DNA of 52,787 nt from an uncultured Gammaproteobacteria bacterium (lineage in GTDB: Bacteria; Patescibacteriota; Microgenomatia; UBA10105). Positions within the stretch are counted from its first letter, which is position 1. Each line of letters begins with the position of its first letter. The position numbers and the translations under genes were made by a program. Below, piece after piece: positions 10,829 through 20,955 of the stretch. The notes under the pieces are model-generated. The model was not told the DNA's origin. It saw only the letters and a program-made list of their open reading frames with translations, and ran no database searches. The stretch is from positions 23,091-75,877 of the forward strand of contig CAYPMW010000004.1 of assembly GCA_964412165.1 (NCBI GenBank), read 5' to 3'.

Positions 10829-11422
10829 CTAAAATGTTTCGTTTCCGCGAGAAAAGTGCATTTCACGGTCGTACTGTGTTTTTCGATACAGGTTTCCTTC
10901 CTTCAGAGGGACAAGTTGTCCCGGGTCGTCAATGTTCACCATTTGACGCAGACTTTCGAGAGATAACGGACGGAATATATCAAGATGCAGACTTGTCATA
11001 AATTCCTTACCTCTATCTGACAATTTCCACCCATCGATTTCATCTAGCGGATGAGAAATGACCCAGTGTCCAGTATTATCTCTGAGAGACATTCCAGATA
11101 TGAGAAACTGAGTTTCCGGAAGACTGGCAAATCTAAGTAATGCCCGGGCAATTTCGCGCACTAAGGGTTGAGTAGTCCGATCCATTAAATCAGCTTCAAT
11201 TTGCGATGCACGCCATGAGAGTTCGCGTGTAGGGAATTCAAAATCTTCATCTATCAATGGACCATCATCTACCATCACGACTGCAAGGTGAGACTGGAGA
11301 AAAACTTCACGGGGATCGTCTCTAGTTGCAAATACCTTAATGATTTTTCCGCCGTGCTCAATTCCTTTTTGATCAAGCACAAAGGTAAACATAGAGTAGT
11401 CTTCAAAATAGAGATATTTCAT
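10829..11422 (-). CDS. hypothetical protein (orphan)
   Basis: 197-aa ORF; TATAAT 9 nt upstream of ATG. Confidence 0.7.
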   Translation of the reverse strand: MKYLYFEDYSMFTFVLDQKGIEHGGKIIKVFATRDDPREVFLQSHLAVVMVDDGPLIDEDFEFPTRELSWRASQIEADLMDRTTQPLVREIARALLRFASLPETQFLISGMSLRDNTGHWVISHPLDEIDGWKLSDRGKEFMTSLHLDIFRPLSLESLRQMVNIDDPGQLVPLKEGNLYRKTQYDREMHFSRGNETF

Positions 11423-11473
11423 AGAAGAAGCATTATAGCAGAGTCAATCAATGTCAGGTGTTACCCCAGTACA

Positions 11474-11506
11474 GAAAGCCCCGTCTTGTTAAGGCGGGGA
11501 TGAATT
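11474..11506. mobile_element. orphan IS200/IS605-family-like end hairpin
   Basis: GAAAGCCCCGTCTTGTTAAGGCGGGGATGAATT resembles the AAGCCCC..TT.A..GGGG end motif of that family; supplies the stop codon of the upstream ORF. Confidence 0.5.
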
Positions 11507-12472
11507 TCTGAAAATCTCTTCCCGGGTTCTGATTTTAACTCCCTTTAGTATTTCTCCCTCAATATCGGGATGGGGTATGCGAGTATCAATTTCCAATCGT
11601 TGGATGCCTTCTGTTTTAAAATCATTCGGTCCTTCTTTAAAGGCTTGGCGTACTGCGGCCATCATAAGAGACATCGGGCCACAGTTATGGATATCAAATT
11701 GAACTCTAGCAAGTTTAGCTTGAATAACCTTAGGACTATCTGCAAAATCAACATCTCCTTGGACCGTCAAGTCATAGGGTCCGTGATACGCTAATGGATT
11801 ACTTAAAAGCAAAACATTGGTTTTACGTGGATCAGCAAAAGCATATTTCATCGCCTCTTCAGGCAATTCTAACCAGCTCTCTCCACCTTCCATCGGATCA
11901 TAAATAAGCACTCTCCACTTTCCACTGGCATCCTGTTCAGGTTTTTTCAAGGCTAATGCATAATGACCAAATCTATAGTTGCCTAAACGAACTAAAATAA
12001 GAGGTAGCTGCCATCTTTCGGATAAATCCAATAGATCAGATGAAAAAAATTCTGTAGTTTCATCATACTTTGTTTTCGTTCCGGTTAATTGGTTTATGTT
12101 TTGACGCAGCCGGCTGCTAAATCCGGGTGCTACTTCCATATTTTCCTGCGCAGAGACTATAACTTTCGAAGCAAAATCCCCGTACCTTTGTTCAAGTTGA
12201 GCGATCTCTGCTTCATTAATTACCAAATCTGCAACACGTCTTATATCCTCTCGTAGCACTTGAACCATACGATCAAGATCACCTTGGGTATAGGTTTCAG
12301 CCTCGGAAACTTCTACATAGGTTGGTGTGGTAGGAGGTTTATCAGAAGTGAGTGTAACGCTTGGAGGAATGATACCTTTTTGAGCTGCTAAGATTCTTAA
12401 TCTTTTAATTAAGCCTCCTCCCTGAACACTGGATCGCATTGAAAACGGGGGTTCTCGTACTTCTTCACTCAT
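11489..12472 (-). CDS. putative clan CE (Ulp1/C48-like) cysteine peptidase
   Basis: Catalytic order H-D-Q-C: GHYALAL...LIYDPM...QFDIHNCGPM. Confidence 0.6.
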   Translation of the reverse strand: MSEEVREPPFSMRSSVQGGGLIKRLRILAAQKGIIPPSVTLTSDKPPTTPTYVEVSEAETYTQGDLDRMVQVLREDIRRVADLVINEAEIAQLEQRYGDFASKVIVSAQENMEVAPGFSSRLRQNINQLTGTKTKYDETTEFFSSDLLDLSERWQLPLILVRLGNYRFGHYALALKKPEQDASGKWRVLIYDPMEGGESWLELPEEAMKYAFADPRKTNVLLLSNPLAYHGPYDLTVQGDVDFADSPKVIQAKLARVQFDIHNCGPMSLMMAAVRQAFKEGPNDFKTEGIQRLEIDTRIPHPDIEGEILKGVKIRTREEIFRNSSPP

Positions 12473-12529
12473 AAGAATTATTATTCTAATGATTTAATTT
12501 CATCGCCAATTATACAATGTTCCCAAAAA

Positions 12530-13468
12530 TTATTTCACCAGTTCCAGTAAAACGAAGAGAAGATAAAGGGAGAGAAGCGATATGCCCTCCATCCTTGAGA
12601 TATTTCTATCTGAGCGGGAATAATAAAAGAAAAATCCCATTCCGAGAGTAATAAAAACAAACGTGGTAAGGAAATTATTGGCAGTAGTGATGCTTTGGGA
12701 GTTAAGAAGTGAAAACACGCCAAAAAGAAGCGTATTGGCTGCAGCTGATCCGAGATAGTCACCCAAAGCAATATCCTTTTTCCCGGAAAATATCGACCGT
12801 ACGGCAAGTGAGAGTTCCGGCATATTAGTGCCGAGAGAAAGTGCGATTAAGCTGACGATATACGGCGACACGCCAAATGCACCCGAGAAATACACTGTTT
12901 TGTCAACAATCACGTGACTTGACAGAAAGACGATGACTACTCCCAAAAGAAGCTTGAGCATATCCAGAAGCGAGTAAGATTTAAGAGTCATAAGCTGATG
13001 GTTTGACCGATCAAGAAGGCCCTTGTGGCGTTCGATGTAAAAAAATAGAAGTACATACAAGATAAGCATGATGATACTTTCAAGATTAGTAAACACCTGG
13101 TCGAGGGAAAAAAACGAAGGAAGCGCTGTCACCACAAACGCAAAAATGAGCGTATGTTTATCAAGATTTTTGGCGATGCGGATCTCTTTGCCAGCAATTG
13201 CCAGAATCGGGATGATAAATAAAAATATCACCGGAATTCCACCGAGCAAATTACCGATAAAAATTTCCGGGTTATTTTCCGATATTGACGTCAGGCCAAC
13301 AGCAAATTCGGGGATTGAGGTGAGGATTCCCAAGATAAAAAAGGATACGGAAAAACGCGAGATCCTAAGTCGCCTCGAAAAATGGTCGATGGATTTGATG
13401 ATCAGTCCTGCACCAAACCAGATAGCAACGAAGGCAATGAGGTAGATGAGGGCATCATCAAATACCAT
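12530..13468 (-). CDS. sodium/calcium exchanger family protein (YrbG-like)
   Basis: Alpha repeats GILTSIPE...IGNLLGG and LGTNMPEL...GDYLGS; about 10 TM helices. Confidence 0.9.
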   Translation of the reverse strand: MVFDDALIYLIAFVAIWFGAGLIIKSIDHFSRRLRISRFSVSFFILGILTSIPEFAVGLTSISENNPEIFIGNLLGGIPVIFLFIIPILAIAGKEIRIAKNLDKHTLIFAFVVTALPSFFSLDQVFTNLESIIMLILYVLLFFYIERHKGLLDRSNHQLMTLKSYSLLDMLKLLLGVVIVFLSSHVIVDKTVYFSGAFGVSPYIVSLIALSLGTNMPELSLAVRSIFSGKKDIALGDYLGSAAANTLLFGVFSLLNSQSITTANNFLTTFVFITLGMGFFFYYSRSDRNISRMEGISLLSLYLLFVLLELVK

Positions 13469-13547
13469 AGTCTAAGTATAGTTGATTTTAGAGCAGAGTG
13501 TAAAGATAAATACTTAAAAGTTGGGAAAATTTATGACTATAAAAAGC

Positions 13548-14189
13548 CTATGGGCCGCTTACGCTGTATGGAGCCGATGGTTGGGATAGATCCCGTTGAG
13601 TTGCATTCGGACGGATAATGATCCCCCCTTTATCATCTAATTCGAGTATCAGGGCTTGGGGGGCGGGTTTTATTTTGTCAGGATCGGAGGATATTACGCC
13701 AAACGGAAGAATATCCTGAGGAGACCTGCCAGTGATATAAATTCCTTTGTCATCCATATCGAGTTTGCGTATGCTGTAATACTGACCGTAATAGGTACGA
13801 TGTTTGGTAACTGTAGGCTCAAGCCAAGTTGACAGCATAATTCGCGGGCCAGTGTTAGCAGTGCCTATAATCAAGTGTATTGCCTCTCTGACATCAGCGG
13901 GTAAAACTGCAAAGTAGAAATTTAAATTGTCAGCTGAATTGGCTGATTCCAAAAGCAGTACGCGCAAATCATGCATAGAAACAATGATGAATTCGTTTGG
14001 GTTTACAGGTCCTGGTTCAGTCATATTTACATCGTTACCTACTGTAACCGCTGGTGTAGCGTCTGAAATATCTGTAAGTGAATATTCGGTACTAAAAACG
14101 TCCCACGCTCTTACTGCCGGGTGTTTCCGGAGGACGGAATATGGACTGAGCGTTTCGGTTGCCTCTTTTAATTCTAAGTAACTGGCCAT
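13548..14189 (-). CDS. hypothetical protein (orphan)
   Basis: 213-aa ORF; TATAAT 12 nt upstream. Confidence 0.7.
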   Translation of the reverse strand: MASYLELKEATETLSPYSVLRKHPAVRAWDVFSTEYSLTDISDATPAVTVGNDVNMTEPGPVNPNEFIIVSMHDLRVLLLESANSADNLNFYFAVLPADVREAIHLIIGTANTGPRIMLSTWLEPTVTKHRTYYGQYYSIRKLDMDDKGIYITGRSPQDILPFGVISSDPDKIKPAPQALILELDDKGGIIIRPNATQRDLSQPSAPYSVSGP

Positions 14190-14360
14190 ATTTAGGCTGA
14201 AATTATATACCCAGAACTTTAAAATTACAATTATCTTGATGAGACAATCTAGTTATTATTTCAATTAATCAAGCCACTTTGAAGAATTTGTGGAAAGCTT
14301 TTTAAGCTTCTCAAAGCCAAACTATTTCATCTGGTGGAGTTTTGGTTCCCATGATACCAT

Positions 14361-15119
14361 GTGTCTATGAATTCTCGGCAATTGGTAACTACCATTGTGA
14401 CACTGGCTATTGTTATACCACTTTTTCTTGTAGCAAGTGTCATCTTTCTTGTCAAGTTTCAGGGGACATCCACTTATGGAAAAGCATTGAAACTTTTTAT
14501 ACTGCGGTATCCAGAGATGATTGCCTTTGCAAATCTTAATGATCCAGGAGACAATCGTTTCCTCTACGCCGATCCTCGGTTTACCCCAATCAAAATCATC
14601 GTTTCAGCGAGTGAAAGTGTAACTCCCCATGAGGAGATTGAGACGTGGCTCCAAGAGATGACTGATGGGACGGTTGAAAAACAGGCGGAAATAATATTTC
14701 AGGATAATTTGGAGGAGGAAAAAGCAGCGTATGCAAATGGGGATTTAAACAGGGTGAGGAAAAAATTAAAATCTAGTCAGATTGGAAAGCCGGTTCTTAA
14801 TGTAGTTTACCTCACCTCATATGCAGAGAAACCATCGTACCTGGGTGTGGCACTCCATCGGGATACGATCTTTATCTTCAAATCTACCATGATAGAGCTT
14901 CAGGTAAACGAAACAACTCGAGCCAAACTTGAAAAATCAACTCTGATGCATGAATGGGGACATCTTTTGGGTCTTTCACACGTAGATTTACCTTCTTGCA
15001 TTATGTCTTCCTCGGTAGAAGTGATTGAAAACCGGGTCTATAGCGAAGCCTCTATACCGACACAGTACTGCTGGAATTCTGAGTATGAACTGGAACAACT
15101 GCGAAGTAGTGTACAATAA
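14361..15119 (+). CDS. membrane-anchored zinc metalloprotease (metzincin)
   Basis: HEWGHLLGLSH (HExxHxxGxxH) followed by Met-turn CIMS; N-terminal TM. Confidence 0.85.
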   Translation: MSMNSRQLVTTIVTLAIVIPLFLVASVIFLVKFQGTSTYGKALKLFILRYPEMIAFANLNDPGDNRFLYADPRFTPIKIIVSASESVTPHEEIETWLQEMTDGTVEKQAEIIFQDNLEEEKAAYANGDLNRVRKKLKSSQIGKPVLNVVYLTSYAEKPSYLGVALHRDTIFIFKSTMIELQVNETTRAKLEKSTLMHEWGHLLGLSHVDLPSCIMSSSVEVIENRVYSEASIPTQYCWNSEYELEQLRSSVQ

Positions 15120-15135
15120 AATGATTGAGAGTCTT

Positions 15136-15741
15136 TCAACGATTAACAGTGATAGAAGCACCGGGAGTTAATTCGCTTTCGGCTGAGAGGACTAATTCTC
15201 CACTAGAATTTTTGTAAATACTATACCTCGTATCTTCATTTGTTCCGGAGGCAGGATCTTTGGGAATTTCTCTTAAATATGTTGGTACCAAATACGGCGT
15301 CAAATCTACAAATCCTGGCTTGGTACCAATACGAGTGGAGGTAGTGGGAATACCAGGAGGAAATTCTCCGTTTGCTTCAGTAGCGTATTGGTAAACTGCT
15401 GAGGAAATAGCATTGAGATCAGCTCTCCGCTGTGTGTCACGAGCGGCGGTAAATTGCCTACCGGGGTTGACGCTTGACACAACCGCCAAACCCATAATGA
15501 AAATTATCAATGAAAAAAAAGTTACAAAAAACAATACCCCTGACACTACCAATTTCACCCACAGCTTCCAATTTGTCCCAAACCACATGAGTAAAAGACC
15601 CACAGGAAAGAAAAAGATCAGAAGCAGTATCGTGATTAAAGTTTTTTTATCACTCGTACCTGCGGGTTGGGTCGCCGGAGGGGGAACGGTTTGGGGGGCG
15701 GTTTGCGCTGTGGAACTTGGCATGGGTATAGTATCCGGCAT
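15136..15741 (-). CDS. type IV pilin-like globular domain fused to a non-prepilin membrane module
   Basis: SVNPGRQFTAARDTQRRADLNAISSAVYQY...FP and IPKDP pilin-body motifs; no GFxxxE cleavage site. Confidence 0.7.
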   Translation of the reverse strand: MPDTIPMPSSTAQTAPQTVPPPATQPAGTSDKKTLITILLLIFFFPVGLLLMWFGTNWKLWVKLVVSGVLFFVTFFSLIIFIMGLAVVSSVNPGRQFTAARDTQRRADLNAISSAVYQYATEANGEFPPGIPTTSTRIGTKPGFVDLTPYLVPTYLREIPKDPASGTNEDTRYSIYKNSSGELVLSAESELTPGASITVNR

Positions 15742-15780
15742 GTTTTTATGTTAGTCGAATTGCTGAATCGCTGTCAAGAA

Positions 15781-16254
15781 TTAGTTTGCGGAGAAATATT
15801 TGGTGAGAAGTTCTTTAATGCCACTGCGGCGGTAGTAATTTTTTTCAGTATCATTTATTTGCTTATCTTCTTGCGTTAATTCCTCAAAGGTGAGTTGTCC
15901 TATTGCGATCTCATTCGTCAGCTGGTTTAACTTCTGTTTTGACTCAGGTTTCATAATCCAATACCCCTGATACTCCTTGTGCTTGTAATTATGGTACGTG
16001 TAGTGGAAGTTATACTTGTTCATTATCGACATCACATCTTCGATCCAACTTAAACCATACAGATCTCTTGATGCATTAGCTCCGAATTCTCCAACATACA
16101 CGGGCATTCCTTTTAGATCGGGAAGGTTGAGTGCTTGGACAAAGATTTGTTCAATAGTTGGTTTTTGGTCGTTTAATTTAGTAGTAACTTGCTGTTTAAG
16201 ACCAGCTTCTTTTTGAGGTGATACATCTCCCGCGTTTTTTGATTGTGAATCCAT
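15781..16254 (-). pseudogene. N-terminally truncated GH5-like hydrolase (C-terminal part only)
   Basis: PVYVGEFGA...WIEDVMSIMNKYNFHYTYHNYK matches the GH5 C-terminus; the acid/base NEP half is absent. Confidence 0.5.
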
Positions 16255-16399
16255 ATATTCTTTATATAATAAAACATTCTTAAGTAATCAACCGGAATGA
16301 CGCTACTTATTTCTAGTTTAGTATTTATACGGTAATTGTAAATACTAACGCTGCGGGTAGTTGTGTGATACTCTTGACCTTATCTACTTATCGGTACAT

Positions 16400-17227
16400 A
16401 TGAACTTTACCTCAAAAATAGTCAATATTGATCATTTACATTTTCATTTAGTGACCGGAGGCACAGGCAAACCGGTAGTTTTGATACATGGTCTTACCAA
16501 CAACTGGGAAGGACACATACCCTTGGCAACTGCATTAGGGAAAACATTTAAAGTGTATATTCCCGATATGCCCGGATATGGTGATTCGGGCAGACTCAAA
16601 AGGTACAATATTGAACAAATGTCCAAAAGCTTATACGCGCTGGTACAAAAGCTTGGTATCAAGCCTCTAGCGGTGATGGGACTTTCCATGGGCGGGTTTA
16701 TCGCTGCCGACTTTGCAAAAAGTTATACCCAGGCTACGGAATCAGCAATCATCATGGGACCGGTACTGAGAGATAAACATAGAGGGGTTAATGCAGCCAA
16801 ATATTTTTTCAAATCAACTAAAATTGTTCCCGGAGGCAGGACGATTCTTAAAAAAATCGTGGAAACGAAATCTATTGCGTACCTTTTTGCCAAGTACGTC
16901 AATATGTACCGGTTTAACAAAGAACTGATAGATAAATACGGTATGAACGGCAAAAAGAAAATGACCAAAGATGCCTATGTGGAGATGGGGATTGCCGCAG
17001 CTGAATACGATTTTGATGCGACGCTTCGAACTATCCGGACACCGACGCTCCTGGTATACGGCCGGGAGGACAAAATGTCCAGTTTCACATATGCTCAAAA
17101 ATTCGTTTTACCGGGCAACCCTCATTTAGACCTTGCTGTCATCCTTGAAGCCGGGCATATCGTGAGCCTGGAGAAGCCCCGCGAAACTGCGAGAGCAATC
17201 ACATCATTTCTCAACCAATTAAAGTAA
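16400..17227 (+). CDS. alpha/beta fold hydrolase
   Basis: LIHGL, PDMPGYGDS, GLSMGG, GREDK, AGH motifs; ATG at 16400. Confidence 0.92.
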   Translation: MNFTSKIVNIDHLHFHLVTGGTGKPVVLIHGLTNNWEGHIPLATALGKTFKVYIPDMPGYGDSGRLKRYNIEQMSKSLYALVQKLGIKPLAVMGLSMGGFIAADFAKSYTQATESAIIMGPVLRDKHRGVNAAKYFFKSTKIVPGGRTILKKIVETKSIAYLFAKYVNMYRFNKELIDKYGMNGKKKMTKDAYVEMGIAAAEYDFDATLRTIRTPTLLVYGREDKMSSFTYAQKFVLPGNPHLDLAVILEAGHIVSLEKPRETARAITSFLNQLK

Positions 17228-17321
17228 AGTTATATTGTGGAGATGTGTACATTCATATCACCCGACGGGTGTGTTATAACAAAATGATCATGAGTGCAGT
17301 ACCGTTATAATGGATAGATAT

Positions 17322-17960
17322 ATGAAAAAATCTCTTATCCAAGTTGATCCCCGCGTTTATAGAACCCTAGATTATATCGATAAACCAAGATGGAATAGCT
17401 ACTGGCAACAAATGTATGAAGTAAACCGGACGAAACCAAAAAAAGTCCTGGAGATTGGTATCGGAAACAGTATTGTGGCAATGATTTTACATCAGCTGGG
17501 GTTTGATCTTACCACAGTAGACTTTGACAATAGATTACATCCGGATTTTGTTGCTGACATCCGACAACTGCCGTTTAGCGACAACACATTTGATACTGTT
17601 TTATGTGCGGAAGTATTGGAACACATCCCATTTTCTGATTTTTCAGCGGCTCTTAAAGAGCTGCACCGAGTAACTAAAAAGTATGTGATTATGACAGTAC
17701 CGCATGATTACTTAACGTATTTTTATATTTCTTTTAAGCTGATTCCCTATGTGCGTCCATTATCCTTATTCCTTACAGTTCCACGTGCCCAAAAACATGC
17801 TTTTGATGGACAACATTACTGGGAAATTGGGAAACGGGGATATTCTTTAAAAAGAATTAATCAAGCCATCAGTCATGCAGGATTGCTTATTGATAAAACC
17901 TATACTATGTTAGAAAATCCTAACCATAGATTTTTTATCCTAATGAAGGGGAATAGATGA
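17322..17960 (+). CDS. class I SAM-dependent methyltransferase
   Basis: VLEIGIG, ADIRQLPFSDNTFDTVLCAEVLEH; start 17322 preferred (TATAAT 17306-17311). Confidence 0.9.
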   Translation: MKKSLIQVDPRVYRTLDYIDKPRWNSYWQQMYEVNRTKPKKVLEIGIGNSIVAMILHQLGFDLTTVDFDNRLHPDFVADIRQLPFSDNTFDTVLCAEVLEHIPFSDFSAALKELHRVTKKYVIMTVPHDYLTYFYISFKLIPYVRPLSLFLTVPRAQKHAFDGQHYWEIGKRGYSLKRINQAISHAGLLIDKTYTMLENPNHRFFILMKGNR

Positions 17961-18670
17961 TTAAAGTATTACAGAGCTGGAGCGATATAGGGGAAGCGAT
18001 AGGATATTTACAGGAATCCGGCCAGAATAAGAATAATCGTGTGTTCCATACAACGCCAATTAAAAATTGGGATTTAGCCCAGATAGCACAATTATTAAGA
18101 AATTACAATAAGGATATTAAAATTTTAGATCTGGGTTGTGGAGGTAATAATGTATTACGTTTATGTTATAAACAGGGCTTTCGACATGTTTACGGAATTG
18201 ATTTAAATATAACATTGAACGATCGTTGGCAGCAGTTTACGCTTTTTAAAAGCAACAACTTCCGTTTGCCCTACCACATAAGTTCTCAAAGCATTACCAG
18301 GACTACATTTCAAAATTCTTTTTTTGATGTACTTATCTGCTTATCTGTAATTGAGCATCACGTAGACTTAAATAGTTTTTATCATGAATCGTCAAGGATT
18401 TTAAAAAAGGATGGATTACTCTATCTTTCTACGGATTATTGGGATAAAAAAATAAATACATCAGACGCACCGGTTAACTACGGCACAATCGCGGGAATTG
18501 AGTGGAACATATTTTCCAAAAAAGAAATATTCAAACTTATACAGTTAGCGAGAAAATATAAGTTTGTTTTATATAAATCTCAAAGTATACCAAATGTTAA
18601 CAAGCCAATTGTGAATTGGAACACAAAACAGTATACGTTCATATCATTAATTTTTAAAAAAATGATATAG
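17957..18670 (+). CDS. class I SAM-dependent methyltransferase
   Basis: ILDLGCG, FDVLICLSVIEH, LKKDG; ATGA overlap with upstream gene. Confidence 0.88.
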   Translation: MIKVLQSWSDIGEAIGYLQESGQNKNNRVFHTTPIKNWDLAQIAQLLRNYNKDIKILDLGCGGNNVLRLCYKQGFRHVYGIDLNITLNDRWQQFTLFKSNNFRLPYHISSQSITRTTFQNSFFDVLICLSVIEHHVDLNSFYHESSRILKKDGLLYLSTDYWDKKINTSDAPVNYGTIAGIEWNIFSKKEIFKLIQLARKYKFVLYKSQSIPNVNKPIVNWNTKQYTFISLIFKKMI

Positions 18671-18891
18671 GATAGTGATGTAGTGGATGGGGAGGGATCA
18701 GATTATACTGACATACTGTTTACGGTAATTTTTAATTGAGGACTGTGCTTAAGTTTCCGGATTGAGGCCGATATGATTGATTGAGGCGCTTTTGATTTTG
18801 CATGCCGAGTGGATAATTCGTGCTTGACAATTGTTTAGAAATATTAAATCTTTTTGCTTGAGAACACATTATTCGTCATAATCCATGTTTC

Positions 18892-19331
18892 ATGGCAGAC
18901 TATAAAATCGAATCCGGACGCTGGACTGAAGAAAATATTGCCCGGCTTGACCGAGCAAGAAACCTAATCAAGGAAATTGAGGCAAAAAATGTGAGAGAAA
19001 TTCTCGCTAATTAAAGCCCCGATCCGATTCATCCCACAGACAGTGTCACGGAACTGCATGCCGGAAGGGGATATTTAATGTTATGACCGGTGCCGAAACA
19101 GCACTTCAAGCAGGTCTACGAATCGATAAAGCACCATATTTCTGCACTTCCATGGATTTACCCGTAGCTATGGTGGGACTTTATGTTGGCCATGTCATGG
19201 ATCGGGAAAAAGGGCATGAAACGGTTTATGACTGCGGGATTGTCCGTACGGCAATACCGGAGGACGTACCTGAAGGGTATCACCGAATTACCAGTATGTG
19301 GAATGTGTTTGTCACTCGAAGAATAAGATAA
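18892..19331 (+). pseudogene. probable fragmented orphan gene
   Basis: 40-codon ORF MADYKIE... (18892) and 82-aa ORF (19083-19331) can be joined by two frame changes. Confidence 0.3.
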
Positions 19332-19399
19332 AGTTTGGTTGTGATGATTGTAAGATCTATTCGCTTGTCAGAGACCATAGACTCCGAACTTTATTAAAA

Positions 19400-20677
19400 T
19401 CAACATTGATCAGAGGTAATCTTTTTGACGATAGTGTTCACTGCATCCGAACGAAGTATCCCCGAATGGAGACCTGTAGGGAACGCCAATGTTTCTACTT
19501 TTGCATGGGGGAATAAGCCGTATGCAATAAATTGCAGCAGATTATCGAGATATTCCTCGCTTCGCATTGCGCGGGCTAAAGTTACGATACTTTTAAGACT
19601 AGCATGCGGATACTGTTTTCTAAGTGTTTTGGCTAAATTTAGTAAATATCCTAAGCGCCTGGTTTCATGAAATCCCCACAATGCATCAAGTATCTGAGGC
19701 GTAAATCCCAAATGGGAGATGAATAAATTTACCGCCTTGGCAAATACCGGTGAAACAAGTATTACCTGTGCTTTGAGAGCTTCTCGTGCTTCTTTGGTCG
19801 AATCGGTTTTCAGTAAGTGTGCAGCGGGTAAAGCTCCTCCGACGCTTTTTGGTAGTCCGAGTTCTTGTGCTAGCCCGTCAAGTCTTTGTTTCCCACGGTA
19901 TGCCATTTCGGAGATTGAATCCATGAGTGATTGAGGCGCGCCACCAGGCATAGTCATTGATGAAAGCATTTCATCGCGGGCTTCGCGGATCCGTTCCCAC
20001 CACTCGCGAATTGGAGCGCCTTCGCTGTCATGACGGCGCTGGCTATTTAACTGTGTGTGGAGGAGTATGTCCCTTGGCGTTCCGACTGCAAGTTCCTTTT
20101 CCAGGTTCGGATGGTCGCTCATGCCTGCAGGATCAATAATTACTAATGTGTATGGTATGTTTTGCTCTTCACAGATTCGTGCTGCCTCAATCATAATGGC
20201 GCCACCTGCGGACATGCCCCATAGGATGAGTCTTAAATCAGGAAGCGGAGTGATTGCCTGGGCGGTATGCATAACCAGTTCAGCTGATTGACGGAGGTTA
20301 TGGGTATCAATTTGAGCTTGTGTGCGGGCGGTTCCTGAAGGGTGGGAAACGAAAATCAACCTCTCGAGGCCAACCTGTGATGATGCAAAAGCTTTTTCCA
20401 GCCGGGTTAAAATGCCGGCATTTTCCTTGGCCCCCGATACTCCGCCGCCCATGCCGATGATGATAGAGCGGGGTTTATTATCTGATTCAGGTGAAAGTGG
20501 TGGTTGTCTGACGAGCGCTTGCATAAGGACGAGTTTTTCTTGTCTCGTCCTGACAGGAACGGTCCATAAATCGCCGTCAAAAACTCCCGGTGTCTGATCG
20601 TAGCGGTCTGTCGAAAACGTCAGACGTTGACGCTTAGGTTCTAATTCTGATACGTGAGATACTGATTCAATGGGCAT
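19400..20677 (-). CDS. divergent alpha/beta hydrolase-fold protein
   Basis: WGMSAGG nucleophile elbow, IIDPAG, C-terminal GLH; start MPIES (20677) is 7 nt after TATAAT. Confidence 0.65.
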   Translation of the reverse strand: MPIESVSHVSELEPKRQRLTFSTDRYDQTPGVFDGDLWTVPVRTRQEKLVLMQALVRQPPLSPESDNKPRSIIIGMGGGVSGAKENAGILTRLEKAFASSQVGLERLIFVSHPSGTARTQAQIDTHNLRQSAELVMHTAQAITPLPDLRLILWGMSAGGAIMIEAARICEEQNIPYTLVIIDPAGMSDHPNLEKELAVGTPRDILLHTQLNSQRRHDSEGAPIREWWERIREARDEMLSSMTMPGGAPQSLMDSISEMAYRGKQRLDGLAQELGLPKSVGGALPAAHLLKTDSTKEAREALKAQVILVSPVFAKAVNLFISHLGFTPQILDALWGFHETRRLGYLLNLAKTLRKQYPHASLKSIVTLARAMRSEEYLDNLLQFIAYGLFPHAKVETLAFPTGLHSGILRSDAVNTIVKKITSDQC

Positions 20678-20955
20678 GCGAGGAATTATATAATAAGACC
20701 TATAGTAAGTCAATTGATATTTCTATGGTTCGAATATGTAAATTTTTCTTACCTTTCCCGATGTATTAGAGCTTACTGTTTTTTTTGCCAGACAAGCACG
20801 GCAATTTCCGTGTCTTTCTCTCTTCGTCTGCCGTGGTCTAATTTATTATTTATTAGAAGAAGAGTTGAAATTGCGAAAATACTTACATGATCAACTGGTG
20901 ACTTTGGGAGTGATCGCAGGTAGTATCGTGATTTACTTCGGAATAGATAGTCATT

